64,000 nt of DNA, from assembly GCA_002269645.1 (NCBI GenBank), contig NIVC01000069.1:1-64000 (forward strand). Direction: 5' to 3'. Below are positions 24,276 through 37,308 of this stretch, piece by piece. The notes below the pieces were generated by a model. It was given only the letters and a program-made list of their open reading frames with translations, searched no databases and was not told the DNA's origin. This DNA is from Macrostomum lignano. Lineage: Eukaryota. The position numbers and the translations under genes are program-made. Each line of letters begins with the position of its first letter. The first letter of the stretch is position 1.

Positions 24276-27200
24276 CAGGGCAGCTGGGATTCGAGCTTTA
24301 TTTAATGGCGATTCGGGCAATGCTTCAGCTGCTTCAGTTGGTTGGTGTTTGGTCTGACATTGTCAGTGGCTTGGCCTGCTGTAAGGATGTGAGTAACAGT
24401 AACATAACTAAAGCTAAAATATCTAGAGCCAAAAAATTAGGAATTGAATCTTTTGTATGATTTATTGATTGCATTAGGATAAAAGAAATATTTTTGGTAT
24501 TAGGATTCTATTGAATAACACACCATAACACTCATATGCAACCTAAGTTTTACGTAGTCAGTGTGACATTGTTTAAATTGTTTTCCACAAAAATGCAATA
24601 TACCTCATTGTCTTGTACTACAAAAAATTTAAATGTTTTCTTTTTATTAGTTGGTTACTTATAAAAGTTTTTCCTCTTTTATGCTAGGTTCTAACTTGAA
24701 TTGCATCAGTATTGAAAACACAATGTGGAAGCATAGCACAAGAATTGATTTAGATTGTGTAACCAATTTAAATTAGATTGTGTATTAATTTAAATTGTGA
24801 TTATGTCATAACTGCTTACATGTGACATTTACTCTAATAGCAGGAATATTGGATTATAAGTGCTACAATTCATTTTATAAATTCAATGAGAGCTAGCCTA
24901 GATATAACTAGACTAAACTACTAATGTAGCAACCTGTGTTTGAATCTTAGTAGCATAGTTTTATATTAAAAGTTTTTTTATTAATGTTTAATATAAAAGT
25001 TGCGCATGTCAAACATGCCAAATACCAAAGCTTACTAAGGGAATAACTAAGATATTAGGGCTTATTAGGGGAATTGCTATGATTTCAAGGCTTACTGGAG
25101 GAATTGCTATGATTTCAAGGCAAGTAAGATTCATATAAATAAATTTTAAAATTGTCCCTTCTGTAGGCCTATTAGGCCCTTAGCTACCTTAAAGGGAGAA
25201 CTAGACTACTAGTTTATACACTATATAAAAATATGTATACACTGGTAATAAAATATTACTTTTTATATGCAACTAGCATTGCCACAAGCATTTTTATTCA
25301 AGCAATTTAACTTAATAATACAGCAAATATTATGTTAGGCTTAGGCCCTATCTTTTACAAAGTATCATAATGCATAATTTATGTCAAATTTATGTTTAAA
25401 TATAACTGCATTCTTTAATAAAAAAATATTTTAATATATACACAAATGAATAATGTATATCCCATATTAAATTTTAGATTTAGGCTTATACTATAAAAAA
25501 TTGATAGATTGTTATATAAGATTTATAATTTTACACTAACATGGGTAGATAAATACATTAGGTTTGTAGATAATTAGGTAAAAAGTAGGCCTATCAATAG
25601 CAATTAAATAATATAGTTATTAAGTTATGTAGCATAAAACAAGCAATGATAATGTATTCCTTGGATAAAACAAGAGCTGATCTAGAGGGAGGGCAAGTGG
25701 CCAATGATCCCCCCCTAGCTGCAGCTAAAAAGTTGGCTATACTTTTTGGCCTACAACTATAATAGGTCTATTTTCCAATATTGGGTTGTAGGGTATAGCT
25801 TGCCCAGTTGCCTCTCCCCCTCAAAAATTTTCTTGATCTGTGCCTAGGATAGATAGAAGTTTTATATTTAAAAGTTTAATACATTTTTATTTTGAAATAA
25901 AAATGAGAAAATATAAAATAAAATATCTAAATTTATTATCAGTAACAATAATAATGATTCTGCAGGATAGCCCTAAAAAGTTGTTGGTTTGTGGCAAGAT
26001 TTCTAGAGTTTAGGCCAACATTTTATAACATCATAATTCATATTTTTTATATTAAAAATGGTAAAATATAATCTTTATATATATAAATTTTCTTTTCTTT
26101 AAATAAAATGCAATTGTGCCTAAAAATTATATATGTCTCTCTAGTATTTGTTTTTATGCCAGTTCATTCTTCCATTTGTTTCTTATGTTATGCTAATAAT
26201 TTACTACACCAAAGCTTATTTAAGATTAGACTTATGGCTATGCCAGAGATTTCTGGCAATTTTACACCGGAGATAGAAGTATGTTAAGAATTGACTATTT
26301 CAAATCAATTATAGTCTCTCTGCTAGGGTCAGGAGTGATATTTCAGGTCTGAATCTGGCCCACTCAGCCCCACTGACCAATTAGGGCTCGCGGGAATACC
26401 AGCTAAACCGATACTTAAAAGCCAACATATAAACAGTGCAACTAGCTGCAGAAGTAATATTTATTACAGCCTAATATTAAAACCTATACCACATAGCAGT
26501 TTTTAATACTTATAACAGCCGTTTCTTGGTAGTTTATAGTGTTTAAGCAATACTATTTTCTTATAACATGCAATTTCGTAATAAAATTGAAATACCACAA
26601 TCACGTGGTGAGTCTTTGCTTCGAAGGGGTGCCGAAATTTTACCATCTTTCTTCAAAATTTAACGCGAAATTTTCAGTTATTAAGTAATTTAGAAGTTTT
26701 TGTGTGCAATTGTACAGAAAGAACGCGGCATGGCCTAAAATAATGTTAAATGTTACAAATGGTATCTGTACACTGTATTTTCTACTTTCGGCCTGCAACA
26801 TTCATCTAACGTCGATGGCAAATGGGTACTTTACATAAATTGTGCTAATGGTATATTAAAACGACAGCTTTAGTATGTGCCTGTGTGAATTTATATATTA
26901 TAAGTACAATTCATTCGCTACATGTACATGTACACATGTTATACTGTTTTGCACTGTGCACTAAGCTACAGATTTTACTAAAAAACCATAATATAGTGCA
27001 AATCCAGTGCAACATTTCAAGTCCACCGATGTATCAGACGTGCTCGAGGTCGATGGTCGTCGCTGGCAAGTATTTTTTCTCATCAGATTGAGAGCTTCTT
27101 GTAGACTTCTGATGTGTACTACTATGTAATTACATTATGTATACACCAGACCCAGCGCCTGCCCCTCCCAGCTTTTTCGAGAGCGCGTGTGCGTGAGAGC

Positions 27201-27359
27201 TCATTATATAGTTCGAGCAATAGTTCGGCGATCCGGCAGGCCCCTGTCGACAAGGACATGTCCCAAAAGTGTGCGCGTTCATCGACAAGCAGTGCTTCGC
27301 GGTGTCAACAACAACAACAAAAAAATACGCTGTCAGGATGACAAAAGTCAGCGTCACAG

Positions 27360-30300
27360 GGCGCGCTTCATGGCTTGGGCGCGAACAAAGGCCGCGCCAC
27401 CGGCAGTGTCCGGGGCGCCGGCGTCGCTAGCAGACAGTCGACGTAACGCCGAGTTCGCGCTTGACCTCGCCGGTAGGGTGCCTGCAGCGTGAGCAGCAGC
27501 ACTCCTGTGTGATGAAAAGAGGCAATTAGATAAATAGCATGCACGGTAAGCAATGATTTAGGCCCTAGACAAACCTATTTTTGGAGCGTTCGGAGATTTT
27601 AAAGCTATTATGGCCCTAATTGCCTATCGCCGGTCGGCGAGTCCTACCAGTCTTTCTCCAATAGTCACAGGTACAGTACAAGAAAAGAAAGAACAAGAGG
27701 GAACACGAACCGAATAGATTTAGAGAGTGATAATCCTATTAGAATAGCTAAACTTGATCGACGGTTTAATTTGATTAGTAAAGTTACAAGATTCTCAACA
27801 CGATTCACGGCGCAGATAAATTGACACTGCAATGATAACGAGTAATAACGATTAGCGATAATAAATTAATAACGCAACTGGCAAGCGGATCTCAGCTGAG
27901 GAAAAGGAAGAACCGAACACGACCACGGAGAAGACTCCTAACCCCTGGCCTAAACCAGAACCTACTCTCGAACGAGAGCCCTGCCGAACCGACCGTTCAA
28001 CGGAGTACCGACTAAATTCTATCGGCACTGCCCTTCAGTGTGACACTGAGGCCCTCGGGGTCGAGGCCGCGTACTTGATCAGATCCGACAGTCTCTATCT
28101 AACCGCGCTTGACAGCGACGACTTCAGACAAGGATTTGCCGTAGACGTTACGCCACAAGACTGAAGCGGTTGGGCAAGGGAACAAAGTATGGACCGGGGT
28201 GATGAAATCAAAACGCCTCAAAGCGCGAACCAAAAAAAGGGAAACAGGCCACCGGCCGGGAAGCTGAACAAAACCAAGGACCGGGCAGAAGGAGAGAAGA
28301 AGGAAAAGTGAGATCTGATTGCCAAACACACTTTCATATATAGTCAGAGTCAAACCCCCCTCAAGCCGGGTGGTGGTCGTCTGGCCGGCCGCTTGCTTAA
28401 GCCGAATTGCACTGTGCCCGCGGCGCCGGGTAGAACTGGAACTTGCCGCGTGCCAGGGTCCAGGCCGGTTCTGATTGGCTGGCCGCGCAAAGCCGGGGTT
28501 CGCAGAGAACTCAACCCTCCGCTGAGTCACAGATTTGCGTTTGACTTCTAACCTGTTTACAATTTTAGATTTTAACTAACAATAAAAAGTCCATCAAAAA
28601 CGTGTGACTAAACTAAAGCAAAATAATAATTCAATAACAATATAGAACCCAACACAATCAACCAACTAACAAAATACACGCAAAAGATGCTCACACTACA
28701 CCTGCACCGGCTGTGGGCAGAACGACTCGGTGCGGATGAGATGGCCTGCGAGCTGGAGTCGCCGACGGCGCAGTATAGATCGCTTGGACGTGGCAGGCCA
28801 GCGCGGCGATAGAGTGCCGCGTTGTTGACTTGCTCGACAGAAATTTTTCCGGTGTCAGAAAAATTAACACGTGGCTAGGGCTTTAGAATAGCCTCAGCAA
28901 GTGGCCAATCAAGTTTCTGAGGCGACAACCATCAAGAAGGATCAAGACCAGCCGTACTATTTGCACCAACTTGGTTTTGCCTCCGCGAGCAGTGAAACTG
29001 TGCTCCCGATCATCACAACTGTTTTAATGGACGGACATCCGTGTCGGATATGGAGGGTTGACACTAGCTGGAGCTTCCGTGTCGCTGAAATCGGAGCGCA
29101 TCTATACAAGGATGTCCTGCACGGCGGCTCCGAGTTGCGCCCATCAACTGCCCAGCTGACCAAATACTCCAGACACTCCGTTAAAGTGCTCGGAAATTAA
29201 TTTGGAATTGCCCGTCAGCAAGTTGGTTTCAGAGGAGTCCATCCCAATTCCCCTGCTCGTTGTGGAGGGCAGCGGCCCAAGTCTGCTCAGCCGCTCGGCC
29301 GCTACTGGCTGCGCAGCTGCAACTCGACTGGCAGTCCATCAAACAGCTGAAGTCCGCCACCGACACCAAAGGGCAAGGACTATACTGGACGAATTCACTG
29401 AGGATGTTTGGTGATCTCGGTACATTCAAAGGCACGCCACTTTCGATAGAGCTGAAGCCGGATGCCAAGCTTCGGTTCAGCAAAGGCTCGCCCCATTGCG
29501 TTCTAGCTGAAGCCCAACGTCGAACAGCAGCAGAACAAGAAGGTGCAACAGGGAGTGCTGTACCCCGTGAAGTCCTTAGAATGGGCGTCGCCGATCGTTC
29601 CTGTAATGAAATCGGATGGCAGCATTCGGGTTTGCGCTGATTTTAAACAGATCGTCAATGCCTCATATTACATGTAATTCGGACACGTACTCGCCGAAGA
29701 ACATCAATGAATTATTCTCGAGACTCCCGCCGGAGGTAAGAAGTTTTTCAAGCTGGATCTGAATCAGGCCTTCTCACAGATGCCCATCGACACTGCAGCT
29801 CAGGAGCTCTGCACAGTGAACACGCGATTGGAGCTTCTTCGATACTCGGGGCTTCCATTTGGTGTATCGACGGCGCCGAGCATGTTCCAGAGAGTCATGA
29901 TGGATGGAAGTGCGCGTTCATGCAGGATTCTGTGGTGTACCTGGGACACCGCATTGACTCGGAAGGCCTTCATCCGCTGAAGGACAAGGTCCAAGCCATA
30001 GCGGATGTGAGCCAACGGATCCGACGCCGCTGCCGAGTTTTCTGGGTCTCTTGAATTACTACGGAAAGTTTCTGCCTAACTTGTAGACAGTCTTGAGTCC
30101 CCTTCACCAGCTGCTCAACAAGGAACTAGGGACAGTCGCAAAAGACGGCTTTCGACACCTGCAAGCGTCTTCTTGTCCAATTCCGAACGTCCTGGCTCAC
30201 TATGATGCAGCAGAGGAGCTTTTTTGGAGTGCGACGTTTCGGACTACGGAATAGGAGCCGTAATCTTCCATCGGGTCGGCGGTCTGGACAAGCCGGTTGC

Positions 30301-31650
30301 CGGACCCCGAGTTCAGCCGAGAGGAACTATTGCCAGCTGGAGAAGGAGGAGCTCGCACTGGTGTACGGAGTCAAGAAATTCAACCAGTACCTCCTAGGCC
30401 TCGAGTTCAGCCTGTTAACGGATCATCGACCTCTGCCTCGGCTCCTCGGTTAAGGCAAGCAAATCTGCCGTTGGCATCTGGCCGAGTGCAGCGGTGGGCG
30501 TTGCTGCTGTCAGCATATCAGTACAAAGCTGGTGCATTGCAGTGGCTCTTCGCTTCTGAGGGCGGATGCGCTTGGCTGTCTTCCAGCGCCGACTCCCGTG
30601 CCCAGAGAGATCGTCCTGCTAATAGACAGTCTGGATTCTGGTCCTGTCAGTTCTGAGGACATCGGCAGTTGGACACGGCGGGATCCCATGATGTCGCAGG
30701 TCGTTCGATTCTGCCTTACTCGTTGGCCTGAGACCGTGTCGCCGGAGCTGCTGCAATACAGTCGCTGATCCAAGGAAATTTCTGTGCAAGATGGCTGCCT
30801 GTTCTGGGGTAGCCGCATCATTATCCTACCAGCGGATCACGTTCAGTTGCTTCAGTGCCTCCACCAGAGTCATCTGGGTTCTTCTAGTATGAAGTCGCTG
30901 GCCGAAGCCATGTTTAGTGGCGAGGCATTGATCAGGAAATCGAGTCGATGGTAGCGTCTTGTTCTGAATGTCAGCGAAATCAACGGGAAGCATCTCCGGT
31001 ATCGCTGCAGCCCTGGCCTCTGCCTACTTGACCATGGACGCGGCTTCATATCGACTATGCAGGCTCTGACGCCTACTCAAAGCGGCTTGACGTCCACGTG
31101 ACATTGTCAGCGGATAGCGGCGACAACAGCAGAGAAGCTGCGGCAGAGCTTCTGTACGCACGGCCTACCGGAGGTCGTGGTGAAGGACAATGGGTCGTGC
31201 TTTGTGAGCAGTGTATTCTGCGAATTCTGTCTCCAAAACGGCGTTCGTCATGTGAGTACCCCACCGTACCACCCGGCGTCCAATGGGTTAGCTGAGAGGC
31301 CCTGCAGAGTTTGAAGCGCTCCGCCAACGTCGCAAGACCTGGTCCTGCCGAAGGCCAGTTCGGCGCCGACGGCCGTAGCCGAACCGCCGGTTCCGAGCTC
31401 CGCCGGTCTGGACGCAACCGGGCACCTCCCGACCAGCTGATGTACAAGTGACAAAGACTGAACTCTAACTGAGCTGGGCTCTGCTCTTGGTTGGGAGAGG
31501 TGTGGTAGCGTGTGGCGTGTGTCGGATCTGTGGTGTTTTGCTTGGTTGCTTTGTGTGTTTTGGTGGTTGCGTTGCTCTAGCTACCTTATCTGTGTAGCTA
31601 TGTACATTCGTTTGTGCGTGCTGTCGTTTACTCGGGTTTGCATAGATGTA
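27360..31650 (+). mobile_element. Decayed Ty3/Gypsy LTR retrotransposon (gag-PR-RT-RH-IN, PPT, start of 3' LTR), interrupted by a solo LTR
   Basis: Frameshifted motifs: zinc-knuckle remnant near 28800-28880; protease ITTVLMDGHPC..VDT; RT WASPIVPVMKSDGSIRVCADFK and LPFGVSTAPSMFQR; RNase [24 protein letters not shown]...TDHRPL; integrase H..H/C..C, LHIDYAG, PPYHPASNGLAER. PPT GGGAGAGG (31493-31500) is followed by TGTGG. Both ends are approximate. Confidence 0.9.
27508..28700 (-). mobile_element. Solo LTR, 1193 bp, with 4-bp TSD CCTG
   Basis: Begins TGTGATG and ends CACTACA; CCTG lies at 27504-27507 and at 28701-28704. Removing it rejoins a gag-like frame (...AAALLHRLWAERL...). The minus strand carries CCAAT (28478-28474) and TATATA (about 28342-28337), which suggests the orientation. 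Confidence 0.7.
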
Positions 31651-32542
31651 CAATTGCTACATGTACTTCGCGTTTAGTCCCTTTTTACAATATTTTTGAC
31701 AAATATATAAGTCGTCACAGTATGCGTTTTTCATGCTTGTTTTTTCGGTAAATGCAATCGTAAAGCCAAGTTGTTTCGCGACCCACTTGGAACAGTTTGC
31801 TCTTTTAGCAAGACATCTAACTCTGCGTCGCTTCAGTTCACCCAGCTGCAGTAAAATGGGTACTTGCATTATCAAAGGGTAATTGAGGGAGTGTGGCGAC
31901 CCAAACAGTCCTTGGAATGAACAGCCGTATGCAGCCTTCAGCTGTGGCTGAGCTGTCGGTTGCACAACTGATCATTAGGGAAGGTGTAAACAATTATTAT
32001 TATTACTATTAAATGCTTGACTACAATGTCTATTTAAAAGTTAAACGTTTCTTTGAAAACTGGTTCGAGAATGCAGCACTGTGTGGAAAACAATTCACTC
32101 ACACAGAGTACTATCACTTAGACGGCATGACACGGTAGATAGCAATCAATTTCAACCAAAAACAAGAACGTCAAAGTCAGGTGACGGTTCCCCACTTATT
32201 CAATGCTTTGTCGAAGTACTTATAAATTGAAAAGACAATTTGCAGCTTTAGTGATGGTACGATTCAGAGTGCATATAAATTGGCAACTGCGACGCAAAAG
32301 TGCACTAAAATATCTGACTGCCTGTTCGTTTGTACGAATTTAGCAAATAAAACTGCTTCACAAAACGTTACTCTATTCATTTTCCGTGAGCAAACTTAAT
32401 TACCAAAGCTGGTTCCAGGTGAGCAGCATAGCCAAAATGTTTACACTGTGCCCCACTGTTTGTTCAGGTGGTTACGGAGCCCGGGCTGATCGATAAAAGC
32501 CAGTATAAAGCGAGTGGAATCAAAACCGTTTGCAACTGATAT

Positions 32543-34888
32543 ATGCTTTCATTCAGCACAATGAATAAGCAGTTTAACTCGAGAACGAACTCGGTTAGCG
32601 GAGGCGCTGACTGCCTCTGGTTTGACGCCGGCACATCCGAGTTACTCACAGCGCGACTGCTTGAAGACGACGTTGAAGGAATGATCAGCCTTGCTGCAAC
32701 TGCCAGCGGACCAGAATGCTGCTTGGAGGATCGGCTGAGCTGGAGGCTGGAGCACAGTGCAGCAGCTTTATCAGAGCTCAGACCACCGGCATTTGCATGT
32801 CGGCTGCCGCAGCTGTGCGTCGTTCTGTCCAGTCGGCGGGTTCTTCGCTACCTGGCGCTGACTCATCCCCAGCTCTTGCTGCTAACTGACAGGGACTCCG
32901 GGTCGAACCTGCTGCACTGCATGGCCGAGGCCAGCTGCTCGGGAACTGCCGGCTACGAAGCTTTTCAAGCGGAGGCTTTTGAACTCTTACGTCATGTTTT
33001 TTGGGCGCCAGCCGGAGAAGATCCATGGTCTGATAGGTACATGCTACATTAGTTTTCGTTTTGCTCATGCTCACAAGTTCCTAAGTAATCATGCACTACA
33101 CTCGTAGAGACTGGGAGGAGAGCGTTAAATGAATATATGGTGTGCTTACGTCGCGGAGGCAACTCATTAGAGGTAGACTCATTAGAGGTAGACTCATCAG
33201 AAAGACGATAAATTCTTCCATGATGCACACTGTACCTGTTGACTCCTACCTTAAATTTACAACTAGTGACTGAAATGCAGCAGTTAGCAACCGATCACTG
33301 CAGTCAATGAATCTCTTTATTAACGCACGAAACCTCCAGCCCACAGGTAAACCTGCTTCATCGACTGTGTCGAATAGAAAATGCCCAAGGCCTGAGACCG
33401 TTGGAATTTTCCATGCTCATAGGCGCCTATTTCAGCGTTCGACTCATCCTTGGCGTTGAAGGGTACCTGCTAGTTAAGCAAGGTGCTCACGGAATTCGCG
33501 TGCGAAGTGCGTATGACTTTGCTGAGTACGATCTGATGAACGGAGAGCGACGAGACAAGAACCCTCTGCTGATGCTGACGCGGATGTCGACGGAGCAAGC
33601 GGACCAGTACGCACAGTCCGGCTTGCAGGATGTGCCAGTGATGAAGAATTGGATCGATTTGACCAATAAAGACATGAAATGCACTTTGACGCTGCGTTTA
33701 GTAGCTTTGAGCATACTGGCCTCTTCCTTCACTCCGTTCAGCAACCGCTTCGACCTCATTGTGTCCATGGCAGCCATCGGCTATGAGCTTGAGACGGGCT
33801 TTGAGCGGTACACTGATCTGATCAAACTAGCTTTGAGTAGCTCAAACAGCAGCGATGGGTCAATGACTGAAGGCCTGAACTACAGCATCACGGATCTAGA
33901 AAAGACTGTCCGAGTCAACTGCTCACCAGCGTCTCTGATCCACTACCTGACTGACAAGTCCAACCCGAACAATACCGACACGCTGTTCACGTCGCCACTC
34001 TGGGGTGTCCCAATTCAGAGGACAACGATTCTCAAAAACTGGTCAATTTCGCTGTTCATCCTGAGCCCAGTTCTAGTCATTCAACTCGCCGTTCTATTGC
34101 TTAACTGCTTCAAGGAGCTGCAATTTGCGCGGCGCTTCAGCAAATGGACACCGACGCACCGACGTCCGAAAGAGTATCTGGTACAGTCGCACTACTTCTT
34201 GACTGCTTACGCGCTCAGCTTCATGACAGGAATTATCTTCATCATTGCCTCAATGACTCTGGAGAGATCCATTGACTGCACAGACTATGTGCTCGGCCGT
34301 AGGGGCCCAAGAAACTTGCAGCTGACTGTGGCAGCCAATGTGTCCGAGTGCTCCGCAGTTCTGTACATATTCTTTACGCTATTTAGCGCACTTGAAACCT
34401 ACGAGAGCGGATGCCGAAGCATGTCTTTTCTGTGCATCAGCTTCCGACGAGCCATTTCCAGATTTGTCGGCGTTCTGCCGCTCTTCATTCTGTGGACGTA
34501 CATCGTGTTCGGCAGCCTGTTCTACATGACAGACGTTCTCGGCAAGGAGTTCGCGAAGCCGTACTCGGTGTTCTATTCACCGCTGCGCTTGCTGCTGAAC
34601 ATTGCCAGTCCGGCGCAGGACTTCACCAGCGTGGTACTGCACACACTCTTCATTCTGGTGGTTGGCATCAACGTACAGAACTTCATCATTGCCATCATAT
34701 CGAACTCGTTCGACGAATCGGTCAACAAGTTCGATATGATTTACACGCTGAGTTTGCTGAATAATTCGCTGCACACCTGGCAGTTGTATGGATGGCTCAC
34801 TCGGATGTCGAGGCGCGCATGCGGCAGCAGAGAAAAGAAAAATGAGACTGGCTGCCTTGTCAGAGTGTGGAGCCTGAAGCCTCGATAG
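32543..34888 (+). CDS. Divergent TRPV-like cation channel, about 680 aa; join(32543-33036,33340-34888)
   Basis: Ankyrin-like GSNLLHCMA and ENAQGLRPLEFSMLIG, YDFAEYD linker, six hydrophobic segments, pore helix FYSPLRLLLNIASP, S6 LFILVVGINVQNFIIAIISNSF. The phase-2 GT-AG intron restores the frame. AATAAA at 35148. Confidence 0.75.
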
Positions 34889-34904
34889 CCGCAGGCACAT
34901 GCAT

Positions 34905-35130
34905 GAGATCTGTGAGCATTGACAATCCAATACCCCATCTATGAGATCTGTGAGCATTGACAATCCAATATCCCATCCATGAGATATGTGAGGATTTACA
35001 ATCCAATACCCCATCCATGAGATCTGTGAGCATTGACAATCCAATACCCCATCCATGAGATCTGTGAGCATTGTCAATACAATACCTCATGCATGATCAA
35101 TCCAATACCTCATGCATGAGATCTGTGAGA
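34905..35130. repeat. 38-bp tandem repeat (about 5-6 copies) in the putative TRPV-like 3' UTR
   Basis: CATGAGATCTGTGAGCATTGACAATCCAATACCCCATC units lie between the stop codon and AATAAA. Confidence 0.85.
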
Positions 35131-36699
35131 TTTGTGTACTTTCATGCAATAAATAAATACAAAAAGATAATTTGAAATACTATTTTCAAGGAGCAGAAGT
35201 TACTTTTGCTATTGCTATAAAAATATTACCATCTCAACTCAAATTGCAATGATCGCAAGCATACAGCTCAAGCATGCGGCTGTATCAGTTTAGAAAAATT
35301 TCTCAAAAGTCGACTGTCAAATGTATGTGAAATGGCAAAATGTCAAGTGGGAAACATGCAGTCTAGAAACCATGAAAATAATGTTTCAAAAATAATAACT
35401 TTGATTCTTTCCATGCCTTTTAAACGCTGCTAATCATTATTGATAAAAAACAAAATTGCGTAAAGTTTTTTTCTGGCTTGCAACGACAAGTTAAATCAAG
35501 TCACGGACAATGTTGGATTCTAAGAAAATATTTTACCTATAAAGATATTTAATCATTTTTATTCCTAGAAATATAAGAATCCAACATGAGATTTAGAAAA
35601 AAAATCTGAAGCGAAACATTTTGTTCATATCTAGTTTGGTAAATCCGAAAATACTCCATTTATTAATATTTATTTCATATTAATCGGTATTTTTCCATCA
35701 ATACTACTTTTAAGCACCAAACTGCAATGTTAGCGAGACTGCTTTATTGCATGAAAGATAAATATAGAAAAACTAAACAATTAGGCAATTCGATCAAGGC
35801 TAAAATAGATGTACAAAAATATGCATTTAACGCATTAAGGCACTATTTGTTCGGTGCACCACAATTTAACAGCCTGTGTTTGTTCAACAAAAATATTTAC
35901 CTTTGTACAAATTAAGCCAGCTCAAGATTATAAAATATTCACGTTACATTCTTTTTGTTTAAATGGAAGTGAATCTTCAAGACACGATTATTTCTAACTC
36001 TACGGGATGAGCAACTAGCAGTGCTAGATGCCAATTCTGTTTAAAAAAATAAAGTTTGGAAGGGAACACTTGAGACAAATTTTCTTTCACAGCAAGCTGC
36101 GACTTAAATACGACGTATATGAGAGATAAATCTACAAGAATAGACACAATTAATTACAGTTAAAACCCGCCGGATAAAAAATAAACAATCTTGGTTAACT
36201 GTGAAGCAAAATAAATTACAAAAAAGCAATCACAAAACAGGAATGTGAAGGGAAGCTAGCGCAGCGCAGCCTAGCTACTGTTAATTGGACATGATTAAAC
36301 AAATTTTAAACAAATTTAACCATTTTTTGTGTATTTTAAACAAAATTACACAGCAATTCATCATAGGGCAAGATCAGCAAATTTTGAAATCGATTAATCA
36401 AACAGAGTAGTTCGTTAGGTCGTTATAACAAGAATAATTGCGTCATCAAAATTAAAAAAAGATTGAATTTTTTGCATTATCTAGATAAAAACTTGTTTTC
36501 TTCTGAGCAAGCCATATATTGGTGCTTGTATTTGTATATAAAATTGTCTATTAATAATTGAGAACCTTTATAAACCAGAAGCTTCACAAAGAACAAATTC
36601 CAATCTGCGGCAGATAAGTAGATAAGTAGTAGCAATTGCGACGTAGCAAGCTAGTGTCACTATTTTCTTAGTCATCTAGTTTAAGTTCATCTGCACTTG

Positions 36700-37050
36700 T
36701 CACTGTTTACTCTGTTTTCTCTCCCTCTGTTTAGTTCAGTCTTGTTATATTTCCTCGCTGCCTTCTGATTGGCTATTCAATCTGGCCTCATTCCCCAGTC
36801 GCCCACTCCACTCCACGCCTCGACTTTTTACTCTGTTTTGTGTTTTCTCTCCCTGCCTCCCTGTTTGATTCAGTCTTGTTATTCTTATCTCTCTATCCCG
36901 CGGCCTTCTGATTGGCTATTCGATCTGGCCTCTTTCCTCAGTAGCCCACTCCAACCCTCGTCTCCGTTTACTGTTTTCTTTCCCTCTGTCTTACTGATTC
37001 AGTCTCGACTCTCGTCATTCTTATCTCTTATCCCGCGGCCTTATCTTACC
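36700..37050. repeat. Degenerate ~130-bp direct repeat x3
   Basis: TGTTTTCTCTCCCT...TTCAGTCT...GCCTTCTGATTGGCTATTC recurs near 36713 and 36841, and partly near 36972. Confidence 0.6.
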
Positions 37051-37308
37051 TCTTCAACTTCCTAAGTCGTGCACTATTTTTATTATCAGCACCCAACTAA
37101 CCCCACCCTAATTAATGTTTCATAAATTTAATTGCTTTGGATCCTGCGCATCGCAGGCAGTGATTTCAATTTCAATTATAACTAATTTAACTGTACTCAA
37201 TAATTTATTCTTGTGAAAGTTCTAGTTTTTGAAAGCGCCCAATTATTACATACCCAATAAGTACAATTTAGTGACGTAAAATTTGAGCTTAAATTTATTA
37301 AACGACAA

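Noticed and set aside
27000-27360. GC-rich segment with a zinc-knuckle-like GPCRQGHVPKVCAFIDKQCF reading
   Set aside because: It may be further retroelement debris, but it could not be placed in frame or order with the Gypsy gag, so it was left unassigned.
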